IMG/VR virus record: IMGVR_UViG_3300009774_000008
Coordinates: 553-64,552 of that record
Origin: a virus
Taxonomy: Duplodnaviria; Caudoviricetes
Strand: one strand, 5' to 3'
Length of the DNA stretch: 64,000 nt
Positions within the stretch are counted from its first letter, which is position 1. Every line of letters starts with the position of its first letter. Under the pieces are notes generated by a model that did no database searches, had not been told where the DNA came from, and saw only the letters and a program-made list of their open reading frames with translations. This document shows positions 20,509 to 30,125 of the stretch, in pieces. The translations under genes and the position numbers were made by a program.

Positions 20509-20537
20509 ATTGTACTACATAAGAATTTATTTTACAA
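20509..20537 (-). promoter_or_regulatory. sigmaA-type promoter with TATGTAGTACAAT
   Basis: TTGTAA-17 nt-TACAAT upstream of the helicase. Confidence 0.65.
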
Positions 20538-20560
20538 GTACTAGATTAAATTTTTTAAAG

Positions 20561-20604
20561 AAAAAAAATACTGCTCTGCGTGACCAAACGCAAAACAGTA
20601 TTTT
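20561..20604 (-). terminator. intrinsic terminator ending the late/lysis operon
   Basis: Imperfect AAAATACTG..GCG/CGC..CAGTATTTT hairpin with poly-U on the minus strand after the endolysin. Confidence 0.6.
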
Positions 20605-20625
20605 ATATAATAAGGAAGGAACAAG

Positions 20626-21273
20626 CTATTTATTATAATTGTATGCGTGCTCCAAGAGCAAAGGTAGATATTTTAATATGCCAGCTACCTTTCCATTATC
20701 TGAATCCTCTACTAATTTAAGTAATTCTTTTTTCCAGTCCGCGGCATTCTCAGCAGAAGCACATATATCATTTAGTATTTTAGTAAGCATAATGTTTTCT
20801 TCTTCCTCAAGGTTAAGTTTTAATCTACCATATACATTAAATCTTCTTGAATCACCCTCAACTACTCCTCGTTTAGTATTAATAGCTTCTATTGTTTTGT
20901 AGTTACCTGCGTAAATACCTACATGATTTATTACATTATTACCATCTCTAATAAATAGTAGGTCACCGGGTTCAATCTCTTTCACCTTAACTGGAGTACA
21001 CATCTTAGAATATAAAGTAGCCGCAGTATAATCTGCGTTTGTCGGTATTAAACCGAGTTGCTGCAAGCACCACACGATTAATCCGCTACAATCAAAACAT
21101 CTTTGACCTATCCATTTTTTGGCATTAGTACCATCGGATAAAGAATAATGCGATATACCGAAAGTCTTAATGAGAAAAGTTAATAATATCTGAGTCATCT
21201 TCTGGCCTTGGCTTCCATAAACATAACCGCAACCCTTTTGTTTGGAAGCTAAGGTTAACAAAATATTAGACAA
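20626..21273 (-). CDS. endolysin, NlpC/P60 peptidase
   Basis: YVYGSQG, FDCSGLI, PGDLLF, HVGIY. Confidence 0.85.
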   Translation of the reverse strand: MSNILLTLASKQKGCGYVYGSQGQKMTQILLTFLIKTFGISHYSLSDGTNAKKWIGQRCFDCSGLIVWCLQQLGLIPTNADYTAATLYSKMCTPVKVKEIEPGDLLFIRDGNNVINHVGIYAGNYKTIEAINTKRGVVEGDSRRFNVYGRLKLNLEEEENIMLTKILNDICASAENAADWKKELLKLVEDSDNGKVAGILKYLPLLLEHAYNYNK

Positions 21274-21678
21274 CTAGACCACCTCCTTGGAAGTGAATAG
21301 AGTACTAATTGGCACGTTTTCTAAAGATTCAACAACCGGTACTAGAGATTCGATGACAATTGATTTAGCTTTAGTTTCTCGGTTTATTTCTTCTACTATA
21401 GCATCGATAACCAAGCTTACTTCAGTTGGGCTGGCCCACTTTAATTTATTAGCTATAAGTAATGTAACTTCCCTCTTTTTATTAGCACCACCCCCAGCTC
21501 CCATTCGAGCTTCTATGGCATTAATAGCCACTTTAATATTCTGCATCAAGCTAGTATAGCGCTCATTCCCTAGCTTAGCCTTAAGCCACCTAAATCCTGC
21601 TGCAATCAGAAAAGGTGCAGCAAAAGCAATCAACGCTAAAATTAAAGTTACCAAGCATTGCATTAAAAAATTTACCAT
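21274..21678 (-). CDS. holin (LL-H-like)
   Basis: N-terminal TM helix, AINAIE..G.G..KK..V, IDAIVEEIN; adjacent to the endolysin. Confidence 0.75.
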   Translation of the reverse strand: MVNFLMQCLVTLILALIAFAAPFLIAAGFRWLKAKLGNERYTSLMQNIKVAINAIEARMGAGGGANKKREVTLLIANKLKWASPTEVSLVIDAIVEEINRETKAKSIVIESLVPVVESLENVPISTLFTSKEVV

Positions 21679-21696
21679 TTTGTGTATTCCTCCTTA

Positions 21697-22257
21697 TTAA
21701 ATTTTTCCAGCAAACATATCTATGAGGGTAGACGCAATAACTGCGCCGAGAACAGCAAAAAACAATGCAATTATTGGAGTAAATGCTCCACTCTTTCCCT
21801 CCGCTTTATACTTTGTATTTACCAAATCTGTAACTAACTTTTGTAGGTCAGGACTTGCAATACTTTTCCCTTGACTCTCCCACTGCGCTTGCTCTAATTT
21901 CTGAAACCTAGTATCTTGCTGACCTGTAATATCTTTTAAAGAGTTAGATACAGCAAGTGCCGTGGCTTCTACAGCTTTTCTTAAAACCTCTGCATTTTCT
22001 AGCATGGTAGCATTCAATAGTTCCGCTGATTTTACTGCTTGAATATTAGCAATCTTAACAGCTTCAAGATCTCCTGCTCTCAACTCATTAATTCGAGTAG
22101 ACTCAAAAGCTCTTTCCCTTCGTGAACTCTCAATAAATGCATTTAATATCTTCTCAAAATTTTGTTCGGCTGTTTTTTGTAGACACTCTAAGTATTTTAC
22201 GGCATTACCCACAAACATTTGGACGTTAGCAGATGGGTCACAGTTATTATCTATCAT
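21697..22257 (-). CDS. lysis-region membrane protein (coiled coil + C-terminal TM)
   Basis: GGAGG SD before MIDNN; C-terminal hydrophobic helix. Confidence 0.6.
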   Translation of the reverse strand: MIDNNCDPSANVQMFVGNAVKYLECLQKTAEQNFEKILNAFIESSRRERAFESTRINELRAGDLEAVKIANIQAVKSAELLNATMLENAEVLRKAVEATALAVSNSLKDITGQQDTRFQKLEQAQWESQGKSIASPDLQKLVTDLVNTKYKAEGKSGAFTPIIALFFAVLGAVIASTLIDMFAGKI

Positions 22258-22329
22258 TTTGTACCTCCTTTTGTTATAGTTATTTACAATTAGTATAACA
22301 TAAAGGGTCGGGTTTTCCAATAGAAGATT

Positions 22330-22358
22330 TATAAGAGAGCCCGTAAGACTCTCTTATA
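22330..22358 (-). terminator. hairpin after the tail genes
   Basis: TATAAGAGAG-loop-CTCTCTTATA. Confidence 0.5.
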
Positions 22359-22365
22359 TTTAATA

Positions 22366-22563
22366 CTAGATAGCTACAATACATGCTCCATATCCTGTTG
22401 GGTATTGCGTCGATTCTGTTGTCTGCAAAATAGAATCTACACTTGCTTTGTAACTGGCATACATTATAGTATTTACAAAATATACTCTGTACTTTGTCTG
22501 GCCTGCTGTTAGCGAAATCTCTGCTGCTGCTATAATCTTACTTGCTATAAATGTTGGCATCAT
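22366..22563 (-). CDS. small tail-associated protein
   Basis: 65 aa, strong SD, typical position after the fibre chaperone. Confidence 0.55.
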   Translation of the reverse strand: MMPTFIASKIIAAAEISLTAGQTKYRVYFVNTIMYASYKASVDSILQTTESTQYPTGYGACIVAI

Positions 22564-22577
22564 GTGACACCTCCTTT

Positions 22578-22922
22578 CTATGGTAACCTTCCGAATATTG
22601 ATGGAAGGATATTCTCCATTAACTCAGTCATTACTAAGTCTTGCATTACTACCTTTTCCTGCAATACTTCCATTTCTGTAGGCATAGGCGCTACTGGTAT
22701 TACTATTGGCACTGGCTTAATACCTCCAGTGTCTTTGTAGAACTCATGGTAAGCACTAAATACTTCTCTTTCACCCTGTGTGCTATCTTCCTCTGGAATG
22801 AACATTACTTCCCCATTTGTGAGGGTAATGCTGATTCCCTCTCCTACAAATTTTACATCTTGTATTAGTCCTAAGTTCTCTGAGTTGTTGTATATTACTT
22901 CATTGCCTTGTAGTCTAATCAT
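22578..22922 (-). CDS. tail fibre assembly / XkdW-like protein
   Basis: C-terminal PTEMEVLQEKV coiled coil; directly follows the fibre gene. Confidence 0.5.
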   Translation of the reverse strand: MIRLQGNEVIYNNSENLGLIQDVKFVGEGISITLTNGEVMFIPEEDSTQGEREVFSAYHEFYKDTGGIKPVPIVIPVAPMPTEMEVLQEKVVMQDLVMTELMENILPSIFGRLP

Positions 22923-25630
22923 TATATTCGCCCCCCACAATCCGCTTTTATACTCATATTACCAAACGCCCCATTTGCTTTTATGGCTGCTATAGTTGCT
23001 GCATCATAAGTATAGTATATTGCTTGCATCTTATCTTGGGTTACCGTTATGCCATAGGGTATCATTAACTGGGTACAATTAACCCCTGCAACATTTGCTC
23101 CCGAAGCGTATATTTCTAATTTGGTTATAGTTACTCTTGGTATACATTTTTTATACGCACTAAATTTAATATTAAAAGTTACGTATATTCTCCCGTCTGT
23201 ATGATGGTTGGGTAAACATGGGAAACCACTTATTGCTTGGGTTTCATACATACTCAAATCAACTAATGTATCCAGTGCACTATCCTGCATCTGCTTTTGC
23301 TCAAGACTCTTGCTATGGTCTTCCAGTGTTGCTAATATACTTTGAGCATATGACATTGCTAGACTTCCAAAACTTTGAGCGTGTAGTGTCTTTAGTATTT
23401 GATAGTCTACTGTGTAGGTGGCAGTAGGGTCAAATAAAGCATTAGACACAAAGGCATCTGCTTTTGTTAATGGTGAACCTGCATCATAATTGCTTCTTAA
23501 TATCCACGCATTATCATATATACTGTTTTTATAGACTGCATAGAAACTGTCAGGCTTATTTTTAGTAGCAGAAGAAGCGTAAACATTAGCATAATTTATT
23601 GCGTAAACATTGGTATTAACATAATAAGTCGCTGAACCAACTTCCCCCAACACAATGCCACTATCTACATACACATAATTATCACCTTTTACTAAATCCC
23701 ATATTTCACCATGCACATGAGTATTAATATCTGTAATAGGTTCGGGATTAGCTAATCTATAATGTAGTCGGTAGCCTTCATAGTTTGGTGCTACATTGTT
23801 TTTGCACCATGTAAGTAGCGGTACACTAGCGTAACCATTGTCTCCCCTTACTAAAATGTCACCACTAATTATATTTATTGCGGCTGCTACTGGTATGTTG
23901 GTCGCCGTAGGCACGCCTGTAACACTACCAGAGGAACGTGCGAGACCCGTTATCGGATTTACTGTATAAACACTATCCCCGCTTACAAAATTAGTTCCTC
24001 CACTTGACACAGTTATTGTAGTTGTATTTGTTGTTGCAGCTGTGGTGGCTTGTATTGCACCATTGGGTACTGTGCCATCCGTTATGCTTAACCACCCTGT
24101 TTGCCTAATTCCATTATTATACACAGCTTTCCATCCATTCATAAATGCTTTTATTTCATCATTACTAGGGTTTATTGTTTCTGCCCATCCTGTGTCACTG
24201 TCTGCTACAGAGATATAAATATTACCATTTGAATGATATTTTATTACATCTGCTGCTGAGGAATTTAAACCATCCCCAAGTGTCTTTAATACTTTACCCT
24301 CATATTTAATTCCTATTTCGGACACTTCAATTTGTGGAATAGGAGATATAGTGCAAGCTATCTCTTTATACCCTATATAATCACTATCAGACCCCCATTC
24401 ATAATCCTTACCAAACAGTGTCTTATGTTTCCAGTTAAGTAATCCACTTACTCTCCCATTTTCTACTACTAGCTTATCATCACTTGTGAATTGTCCTTCT
24501 ACTACAAATCTTTGTATGTCTTGTGATAGATAAGCTGTAGGTGCTACTGTTCCTTCTACTAGCATTATAGAATCAACGTATATATAGCCAACAGTATTGA
24601 AATAGCAAGCAATATCTATCTCAGTTCTGTTACCAGTATTAAATGTTCCTATACCATTTCTAAGTGTCACTGCAATACTATCTTTCTCAAATACGAATAT
24701 ATTTCCTGTTGCTGTTCCAGCTGCTATATTTGCACTTATATAATAATTAGTATTTGGTTTTACCTTTACAGTTTGCCATACGGCTTTTGTGTCCCCACTT
24801 GTACTTGTTTTAAATTTACCATTTTCAATAGTTATAGTGCCTACTGTTGCACATTTCCAATACCCAATCCCTTCCTCACCATTACCATTCCTTACTAAAT
24901 TATATCTGCGGTTTTCAAAGTAAGGATTGGTCAGTGCTGCGTATGAGTCCACATAAGGGTATTTAGCTAATAGTTGTGCATCAGTTAGTGCATAATCTGT
25001 TGCTGATATTTCATTAAGCATGATGCCATCCACATAACCGTACTGTCCTACTGTCCCATTACATGTTATAGCAAATAAATTATTAATATTAAGGGTTGAA
25101 GGTGACGCCTTACACATAGCTCTTACAAATTTTGTGTTATCCGTTATACCAACACTACCTACAAAAGTTCCACCGCCAGTAGTATCTTTATAAACTGCAA
25201 TACTAGTACAATTTCCTACTTTAAAAAATGCAGAAAGCATATAATACTTTGAAACATCTATCTTAGGTAAATACCACATGTATGACGATGTGTTAGTTAA
25301 TGTATGCTTTATTCCATTTACACCAAAAACCTTATTAGCACTATCAAGAGCTAATGTTACATTTGAAAAGAACCACTTACTAACATCCTCACAGTTACCA
25401 TCCTTACCCAGTAAATTAGTATATGCCATTCCTGTTAATGCTATCTTAGGTGATACTGGTACTTCAGTTATCTGTATTCTGTTTAAGCCGAGACCTATTG
25501 CAGGGTTCTGTATCGCTCCGGTCCCAGCTGCTGCATTTAATGCATCATATACTCCTTGCTCTATCTTATTAAAGTCGTCTGCTAATACTATATCACTATC
25601 TATCCAGTCGGTCTTTTTTATATATGCCAC
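22922..25630 (-). CDS. tail fibre / receptor-binding protein with carbohydrate-binding-like modules
   Basis: 902 aa after the baseplate genes; N-terminal DW...DFNKIEQG anchor; repeated NL(L/V)..GN.E beta-rich modules. Confidence 0.75.
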   Translation of the reverse strand: MAYIKKTDWIDSDIVLADDFNKIEQGVYDALNAAAGTGAIQNPAIGLGLNRIQITEVPVSPKIALTGMAYTNLLGKDGNCEDVSKWFFSNVTLALDSANKVFGVNGIKHTLTNTSSYMWYLPKIDVSKYYMLSAFFKVGNCTSIAVYKDTTGGGTFVGSVGITDNTKFVRAMCKASPSTLNINNLFAITCNGTVGQYGYVDGIMLNEISATDYALTDAQLLAKYPYVDSYAALTNPYFENRRYNLVRNGNGEEGIGYWKCATVGTITIENGKFKTSTSGDTKAVWQTVKVKPNTNYYISANIAAGTATGNIFVFEKDSIAVTLRNGIGTFNTGNRTEIDIACYFNTVGYIYVDSIMLVEGTVAPTAYLSQDIQRFVVEGQFTSDDKLVVENGRVSGLLNWKHKTLFGKDYEWGSDSDYIGYKEIACTISPIPQIEVSEIGIKYEGKVLKTLGDGLNSSAADVIKYHSNGNIYISVADSDTGWAETINPSNDEIKAFMNGWKAVYNNGIRQTGWLSITDGTVPNGAIQATTAATTNTTTITVSSGGTNFVSGDSVYTVNPITGLARSSGSVTGVPTATNIPVAAAINIISGDILVRGDNGYASVPLLTWCKNNVAPNYEGYRLHYRLANPEPITDINTHVHGEIWDLVKGDNYVYVDSGIVLGEVGSATYYVNTNVYAINYANVYASSATKNKPDSFYAVYKNSIYDNAWILRSNYDAGSPLTKADAFVSNALFDPTATYTVDYQILKTLHAQSFGSLAMSYAQSILATLEDHSKSLEQKQMQDSALDTLVDLSMYETQAISGFPCLPNHHTDGRIYVTFNIKFSAYKKCIPRVTITKLEIYASGANVAGVNCTQLMIPYGITVTQDKMQAIYYTYDAATIAAIKANGAFGNMSIKADCGGRI

Positions 25631-25633
25631 CTT

Positions 25634-26518
25634 CTATACCCCCTCTATAACCTTAATTGTGTGTTTTAAACTTACATCCGCTAGTACTGGTATATAAACT
25701 ATAGAACTAGATAAAATATTGCTAGCGGCATCAAGTAATTTTATGTTGGTAATATTTACAACTGAAGCCGCAATGACCACATACTCTATAGTTACCATAT
25801 TGCCTATCGCCGATTTGGTTAGAAAAACACTAATTGCAACCGAATCATTTATTAGCACTGACGTTATGTCAGACGCTGAAAAAGAAGCAACAGCATTTAG
25901 ATAACTAGATTGCAACGAAGTTACATCTGCCAATTTAATCAACCCCTTATCTGTGTAGTCTACGAATGGTTTTGAACCTAATATCCAAGAAATCCCTAAT
26001 TTATAATTGTAGTTGACACTTGAATATCCAATCTCCTCGTTTACCTTAACTGTGTGAGATAGTAATGGTTTATTTGTAAATATCATGTTTGCAGGCTTAA
26101 TTTTAGTTATAGTAACTAAAATTTCGTGAAACCAGTACTGGTCAACTGCTGAGCTCTCAACATATAAAATATAATTATTGAAATCCAAATACGCTTTGTA
26201 TTTGTCTTTACCTATTATTACATCTAGCCTTTGCTTTAACAGCGGAAGAGTAAAGGGCGGCATGGCTGAAAATCTATTGATTACACGTTCTCTTCTAAAT
26301 TCAAGTGACTCTAAACTTGCATTAGCTGTAATATTTAGCAGTACTTCGTAATATTCAATACCAATTAAATCTGCGGTAATTATAAATTGATTGTTTCTGA
26401 GTCCCATAAATTTATCATCAGCAGAGTTAAAAAGTATATCTTCTACTTTTATCAATTCTTCTATTTCTATTACCTCAGTATAAACTGAAGGAAAATAAGG
26501 ACCAATTGAATTACTCAA
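25634..26518 (-). CDS. baseplate protein (XkdU/DUF2313-like)
   Basis: ESLEFRRERVI, PPFT, IKPANM; follows baseplate J. Confidence 0.75.
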   Translation of the reverse strand: MSNSIGPYFPSVYTEVIEIEELIKVEDILFNSADDKFMGLRNNQFIITADLIGIEYYEVLLNITANASLESLEFRRERVINRFSAMPPFTLPLLKQRLDVIIGKDKYKAYLDFNNYILYVESSAVDQYWFHEILVTITKIKPANMIFTNKPLLSHTVKVNEEIGYSSVNYNYKLGISWILGSKPFVDYTDKGLIKLADVTSLQSSYLNAVASFSASDITSVLINDSVAISVFLTKSAIGNMVTIEYVVIAASVVNITNIKLLDAASNILSSSIVYIPVLADVSLKHTIKVIEGV

Positions 26519-27660
26519 CTAAGAATCACCGTCCCTAATATTGGAATTTGCTGCGTAATACTACTTTGCGTGAGCACCAAATCATTGGCAACTGAGTTTA
26601 ATTTTGTAAGAGTAACATTAGCTATACCAGCTACATTTAAAATAGAGGAATTAACTCTAGATAAATATATAGCAGTGCTATAATTGTTAAGGTCATCTGA
26701 TTTATCCCATATTTTTCTTTGAGATAAAAAGTATTCTTGAATAGCGTTTCTCACCGAAGTCTGCACTTGAGCAATAGTATAACCAGAAACTAAAGTTAGA
26801 GTTGCAGTTACATTGATTATTAGCTGAGAAGGTGTAACTATTGTAACTTGGTGACCAATAGGTGCAGTTCCTAATCCAATACCACTTCGAATAGAAGGGT
26901 CAATTAAATCTTGTACAATACCTAAAAAGTCTACAGTTACTGCATTGTATGACGCGTCTAGTATACTGCATTTTACTGTCCCTCCCCCATTCCATATCGG
27001 ATATATTTGAACTCCTCCTATACCGCTCATACCTTTTAGTGTAGTTCTATAATCCGCTATATTTCCCCCAAAAGGTTTTTGGTTTACTCTCTCAAAATAT
27101 CTTAACCGCAGTTCATCATTAGTCTCCCTATCTCGAGCCGGGTTGAGTAGTTCTGACATAATAGCACTAGAAAGACCTTGTATAAAGGTTATATTCAGAA
27201 GTTCACCCGTATACTCATTACCTGCAGTTCCTGCTGTCTCACATTGCAATACGTACGAACCAGCGACTACTATAGAATTTAAAGTGTATGGTTCTTTTAC
27301 AAAATAAATGATAGGGTGCGTCTCAGACATAGTAGCAAATCTAGAACCAACAGCTATGGCTACAGGAGAACCTAAAGAATTTTGAAACACTCCCTTCTTA
27401 GTAGCATATGTGGCAGAATACCTAGAAATTCCCTGCTCGGTTACTCTAGAATCCAACTCAGCATCAGTCGCTGTGGTTGCGAAAGTATCGGTATAAATAT
27501 TTCGCATCTCCATATATAAATCAGCTAGTCTGTAGCATGCCGGAGCTAATGCATCATAAATTACGCTACCCTGACGTTTATCCAAATTAGGAGAAACATT
27601 ATTCAAAGCTTGTAGCATAAGGTAATCGAAAGTATAAATTTGTAAACTATCCCCTATCAT
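26515..27660 (-). CDS. baseplate J-like protein (XkdT)
   Basis: DKRQGSVIYDALAP, ETNDELRLR, GGNIADY, WNGGGTVK, APIGH. Confidence 0.92.
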   Translation of the reverse strand: MIGDSLQIYTFDYLMLQALNNVSPNLDKRQGSVIYDALAPACYRLADLYMEMRNIYTDTFATTATDAELDSRVTEQGISRYSATYATKKGVFQNSLGSPVAIAVGSRFATMSETHPIIYFVKEPYTLNSIVVAGSYVLQCETAGTAGNEYTGELLNITFIQGLSSAIMSELLNPARDRETNDELRLRYFERVNQKPFGGNIADYRTTLKGMSGIGGVQIYPIWNGGGTVKCSILDASYNAVTVDFLGIVQDLIDPSIRSGIGLGTAPIGHQVTIVTPSQLIINVTATLTLVSGYTIAQVQTSVRNAIQEYFLSQRKIWDKSDDLNNYSTAIYLSRVNSSILNVAGIANVTLTKLNSVANDLVLTQSSITQQIPILGTVILS

Positions 27661-28064
27661 ATATTAACCTCCATACCGTACAAAATATTTCCAAATATGG
27701 TAATAACGGTAAAAGACACCTCAATAGAGTCAAGTGTTTTAGGAGTTATTACTATATCTGCTATACCTAATATTCTATCATCTTGAATTAAGGCTTCTTC
27801 TACTATTCTCGGTAATTCAGATGTTACATATGAAAATGACTGACCAATAAGAAGATTGATTTCATTTCCGTGATACCAGTCATATATTACATATGCATAT
27901 TTATCTATTAATAAAATCTTTTTTATTGCTTGTAATAATGCGGCGCTATTATCTACCTTTCCCATTATACGCTTATTTGCAAAATCTAATTTATACGTAA
28001 GTGAGGGTTCAATAATAGAATCATCCGAAATAATTAAATTAGTGGCTACTGATTCTGGAATCAT
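27657..28064 (-). CDS. baseplate wedge protein (XkdS/DUF2634-like)
   Basis: PSLTYKLD, QAIKKIL, IYDWYHG, EALIQDDRI, TIFG. Confidence 0.85.
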   Translation of the reverse strand: MIPESVATNLIISDDSIIEPSLTYKLDFANKRIMGKVDNSAALLQAIKKILLIDKYAYVIYDWYHGNEINLLIGQSFSYVTSELPRIVEEALIQDDRILGIADIVITPKTLDSIEVSFTVITIFGNILYGMEVNI

Positions 28065-28405
28065 TAAGTAACCCCCTCCTGTCTTTGGAGTATAAAATAC
28101 TTCTGACCTTTGGCACATTTTAGCATATGAACTACATCCCCAATTCTAAGTCCTCTCCATAAAACTACTTCAATGTCAATCTTTAGAGGATGGTCAGGGG
28201 GTATGGCGGGTATAGTAACTATTGTTTTCTTCTCAATTGCAAGTGCTCCTAGCATAAGAAATGTTTCCGTTAGGATTAGCTTATCAACCCTAATTTTTAG
28301 GGGCGATATTGAAGTTACTTGGCCTGAAATTATGTCCGTTATTTGGCTACTAGGAATGCTGGCTATTTTTTGAATTGATTTAACTAATCTAGCTCCTTCA
28401 CTCAA
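28064..28405 (-). CDS. baseplate spike-region protein (XkdR/DUF2577-like)
   Basis: GQVTSISPLKI, LRIGDVV, GQKYFIL. Confidence 0.8.
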   Translation of the reverse strand: MSEGARLVKSIQKIASIPSSQITDIISGQVTSISPLKIRVDKLILTETFLMLGALAIEKKTIVTIPAIPPDHPLKIDIEVVLWRGLRIGDVVHMLKCAKGQKYFILQRQEGVT

Positions 28406-29391
28406 CTTGTAACCACCTCCGTTGTTAGCGTCATTGTGTGCTTATTATTCTCCAGACTATGTGTACACTCAGTTACCAGTAAGTAACTATCAAGCGACAA
28501 GTCCCCTAAATCTTCAATCTTACATCTTATAATTGAACCTGATGTTATTTTAAAACTACCAATTGATTCCAAATTAAGCGTTCTTCGAGTACTATTATAA
28601 AATTTTAGAAATCCGCGTGCTTTGCTTTCTATCTGAGCTATGTTGAGTTCTTCTCCAACCTTTTCGTACAATTGTAAAATTCCCCATTTTTTAAGATTAT
28701 TACCACCATTGACAGTATCATTGACTATAAATATTTCTCTCTTTTTTGTGGTCTTATTGTCTCTATACAATTTAATTTGATTATACACATCTTTATCAAT
28801 TGAAGTTTCGTAATCGAAATCGGTTATGCCGCTACCATCTCCGAGTACTAAATTTGAGACTAAAGATAATATATTTATGTGTTCAAGTGTTCCAAAATTA
28901 TCTCTAATAATATACCATTTTCCAGTGTTTATTAGCGTGTCATACAAACTGTCTTTAATTATGTCATACAATGCTACCCCATCATTACTTCTAGGGGAGC
29001 ATATAAAATTACTCGTATCTACTACTTTATATTGTAACACAAAGTCTTTACAAATCCTAGAGAAAATTTCAGAACTTGTTAAATTCTCTAAAACATAAGT
29101 ATCTTTATTCTTGAGATACCGCAACTGGTCATAACAAGTTACTGAGATGAGGTTAACATTCTTGTTTCGCTTCTTTGTAAACACATATCCTTTAAAAGCA
29201 TTAAAAGAATCTACTTGTAAAGTGACAGTAGCACCCTCACTAAATGACACTGTGTCAGCTTTAAGAAGACAGAAAGTTAATTTACCCGGTTGGTCCTCTA
29301 TATAGGTGCTCAATTTTATATCAGAAACAACTTGAGAGATGTCATACAACTTTTTAGTCCCATTATTATATACTGACATACATATGTTCAT
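28402..29391 (-). CDS. baseplate hub protein (XkdQ-like)
   Basis: PGKLTF, YDQLRYLKNKDT, SIDKDVYNQIKL, KWGILQ. Confidence 0.85.
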   Translation of the reverse strand: MNICMSVYNNGTKKLYDISQVVSDIKLSTYIEDQPGKLTFCLLKADTVSFSEGATVTLQVDSFNAFKGYVFTKKRNKNVNLISVTCYDQLRYLKNKDTYVLENLTSSEIFSRICKDFVLQYKVVDTSNFICSPRSNDGVALYDIIKDSLYDTLINTGKWYIIRDNFGTLEHINILSLVSNLVLGDGSGITDFDYETSIDKDVYNQIKLYRDNKTTKKREIFIVNDTVNGGNNLKKWGILQLYEKVGEELNIAQIESKARGFLKFYNSTRRTLNLESIGSFKITSGSIIRCKIEDLGDLSLDSYLLVTECTHSLENNKHTMTLTTEVVTS

Positions 29392-30110
29392 ATTAGCTTC
29401 ACACTCCCTTTATTCACCCAACCCAACCAACCTCCGTCGAGAGTGGTCACATGATAGGGGTAAGAACCAGCTTTATTTATTAAATTAATTTTACCTTTGT
29501 AATTCTTAAATGTTTTTCCTGGTTTACTGCCTGCACTATTAACATGGACAGTACCGTTGAGGATAACACTACACCCTATGGTAATTTTACTAGGTGCTGG
29601 TGATGTAGTTGCTGATGTTGATGTTTTCTTGTCACCTGCTTTAGCTTTATTGCTAGTTGTTTTATTATTTGAAAAATCCATTACTCCGATAGAATAAGGC
29701 TTATATTCTTTTAGCTCTATGTCGTAGTAAGCATCCTCATGCTCACCCGCTTTGTGCTTGTACTTAAAAGACTCTATACTAACCAGCATATTAATATCGA
29801 TGCCCGTTACAATGAATCTGCACTCTTTCTTGTCTTTTTGAATACCCTCAAAAAAGTCTTTATAAAATTGCTGACTTTTAAATTCACCCTTAGTTCTAAC
29901 TGCTGGAAACCAATCTAGATAAGGGAACCAACAACTGAAGGATATAACACCTAATTTTCTATCTTTTAGTATGTTTATATCCCCCAATTGAATAATTTCC
30001 ACAGTATCATTATTTCCTTGGTAATCAACAGAAATTTCCTCGGGGTTAACAGGAAGCTGAACAACCTGACTTCCATATTTAAAAAAGAATCCAATATCAC
30101 CCATTTCCAT
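29388..30110 (-). CDS. tail tube initiator (XkdP-like) with C-terminal SH3-like domain
   Basis: LPVNPEEI, ELKEYK; C-terminal YPYHV...LGWV. Confidence 0.75.
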   Translation of the reverse strand: MEMGDIGFFFKYGSQVVQLPVNPEEISVDYQGNNDTVEIIQLGDINILKDRKLGVISFSCWFPYLDWFPAVRTKGEFKSQQFYKDFFEGIQKDKKECRFIVTGIDINMLVSIESFKYKHKAGEHEDAYYDIELKEYKPYSIGVMDFSNNKTTSNKAKAGDKKTSTSATTSPAPSKITIGCSVILNGTVHVNSAGSKPGKTFKNYKGKINLINKAGSYPYHVTTLDGGWLGWVNKGSVKLI

Positions 30111-30125
30111 AATTAACCCTCCAAT

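Noticed and set aside
22922-25630. Tail fibre as a diversity-generating retroelement target
   Set aside because: No reverse transcriptase and no template/variable repeat pair seen in the window
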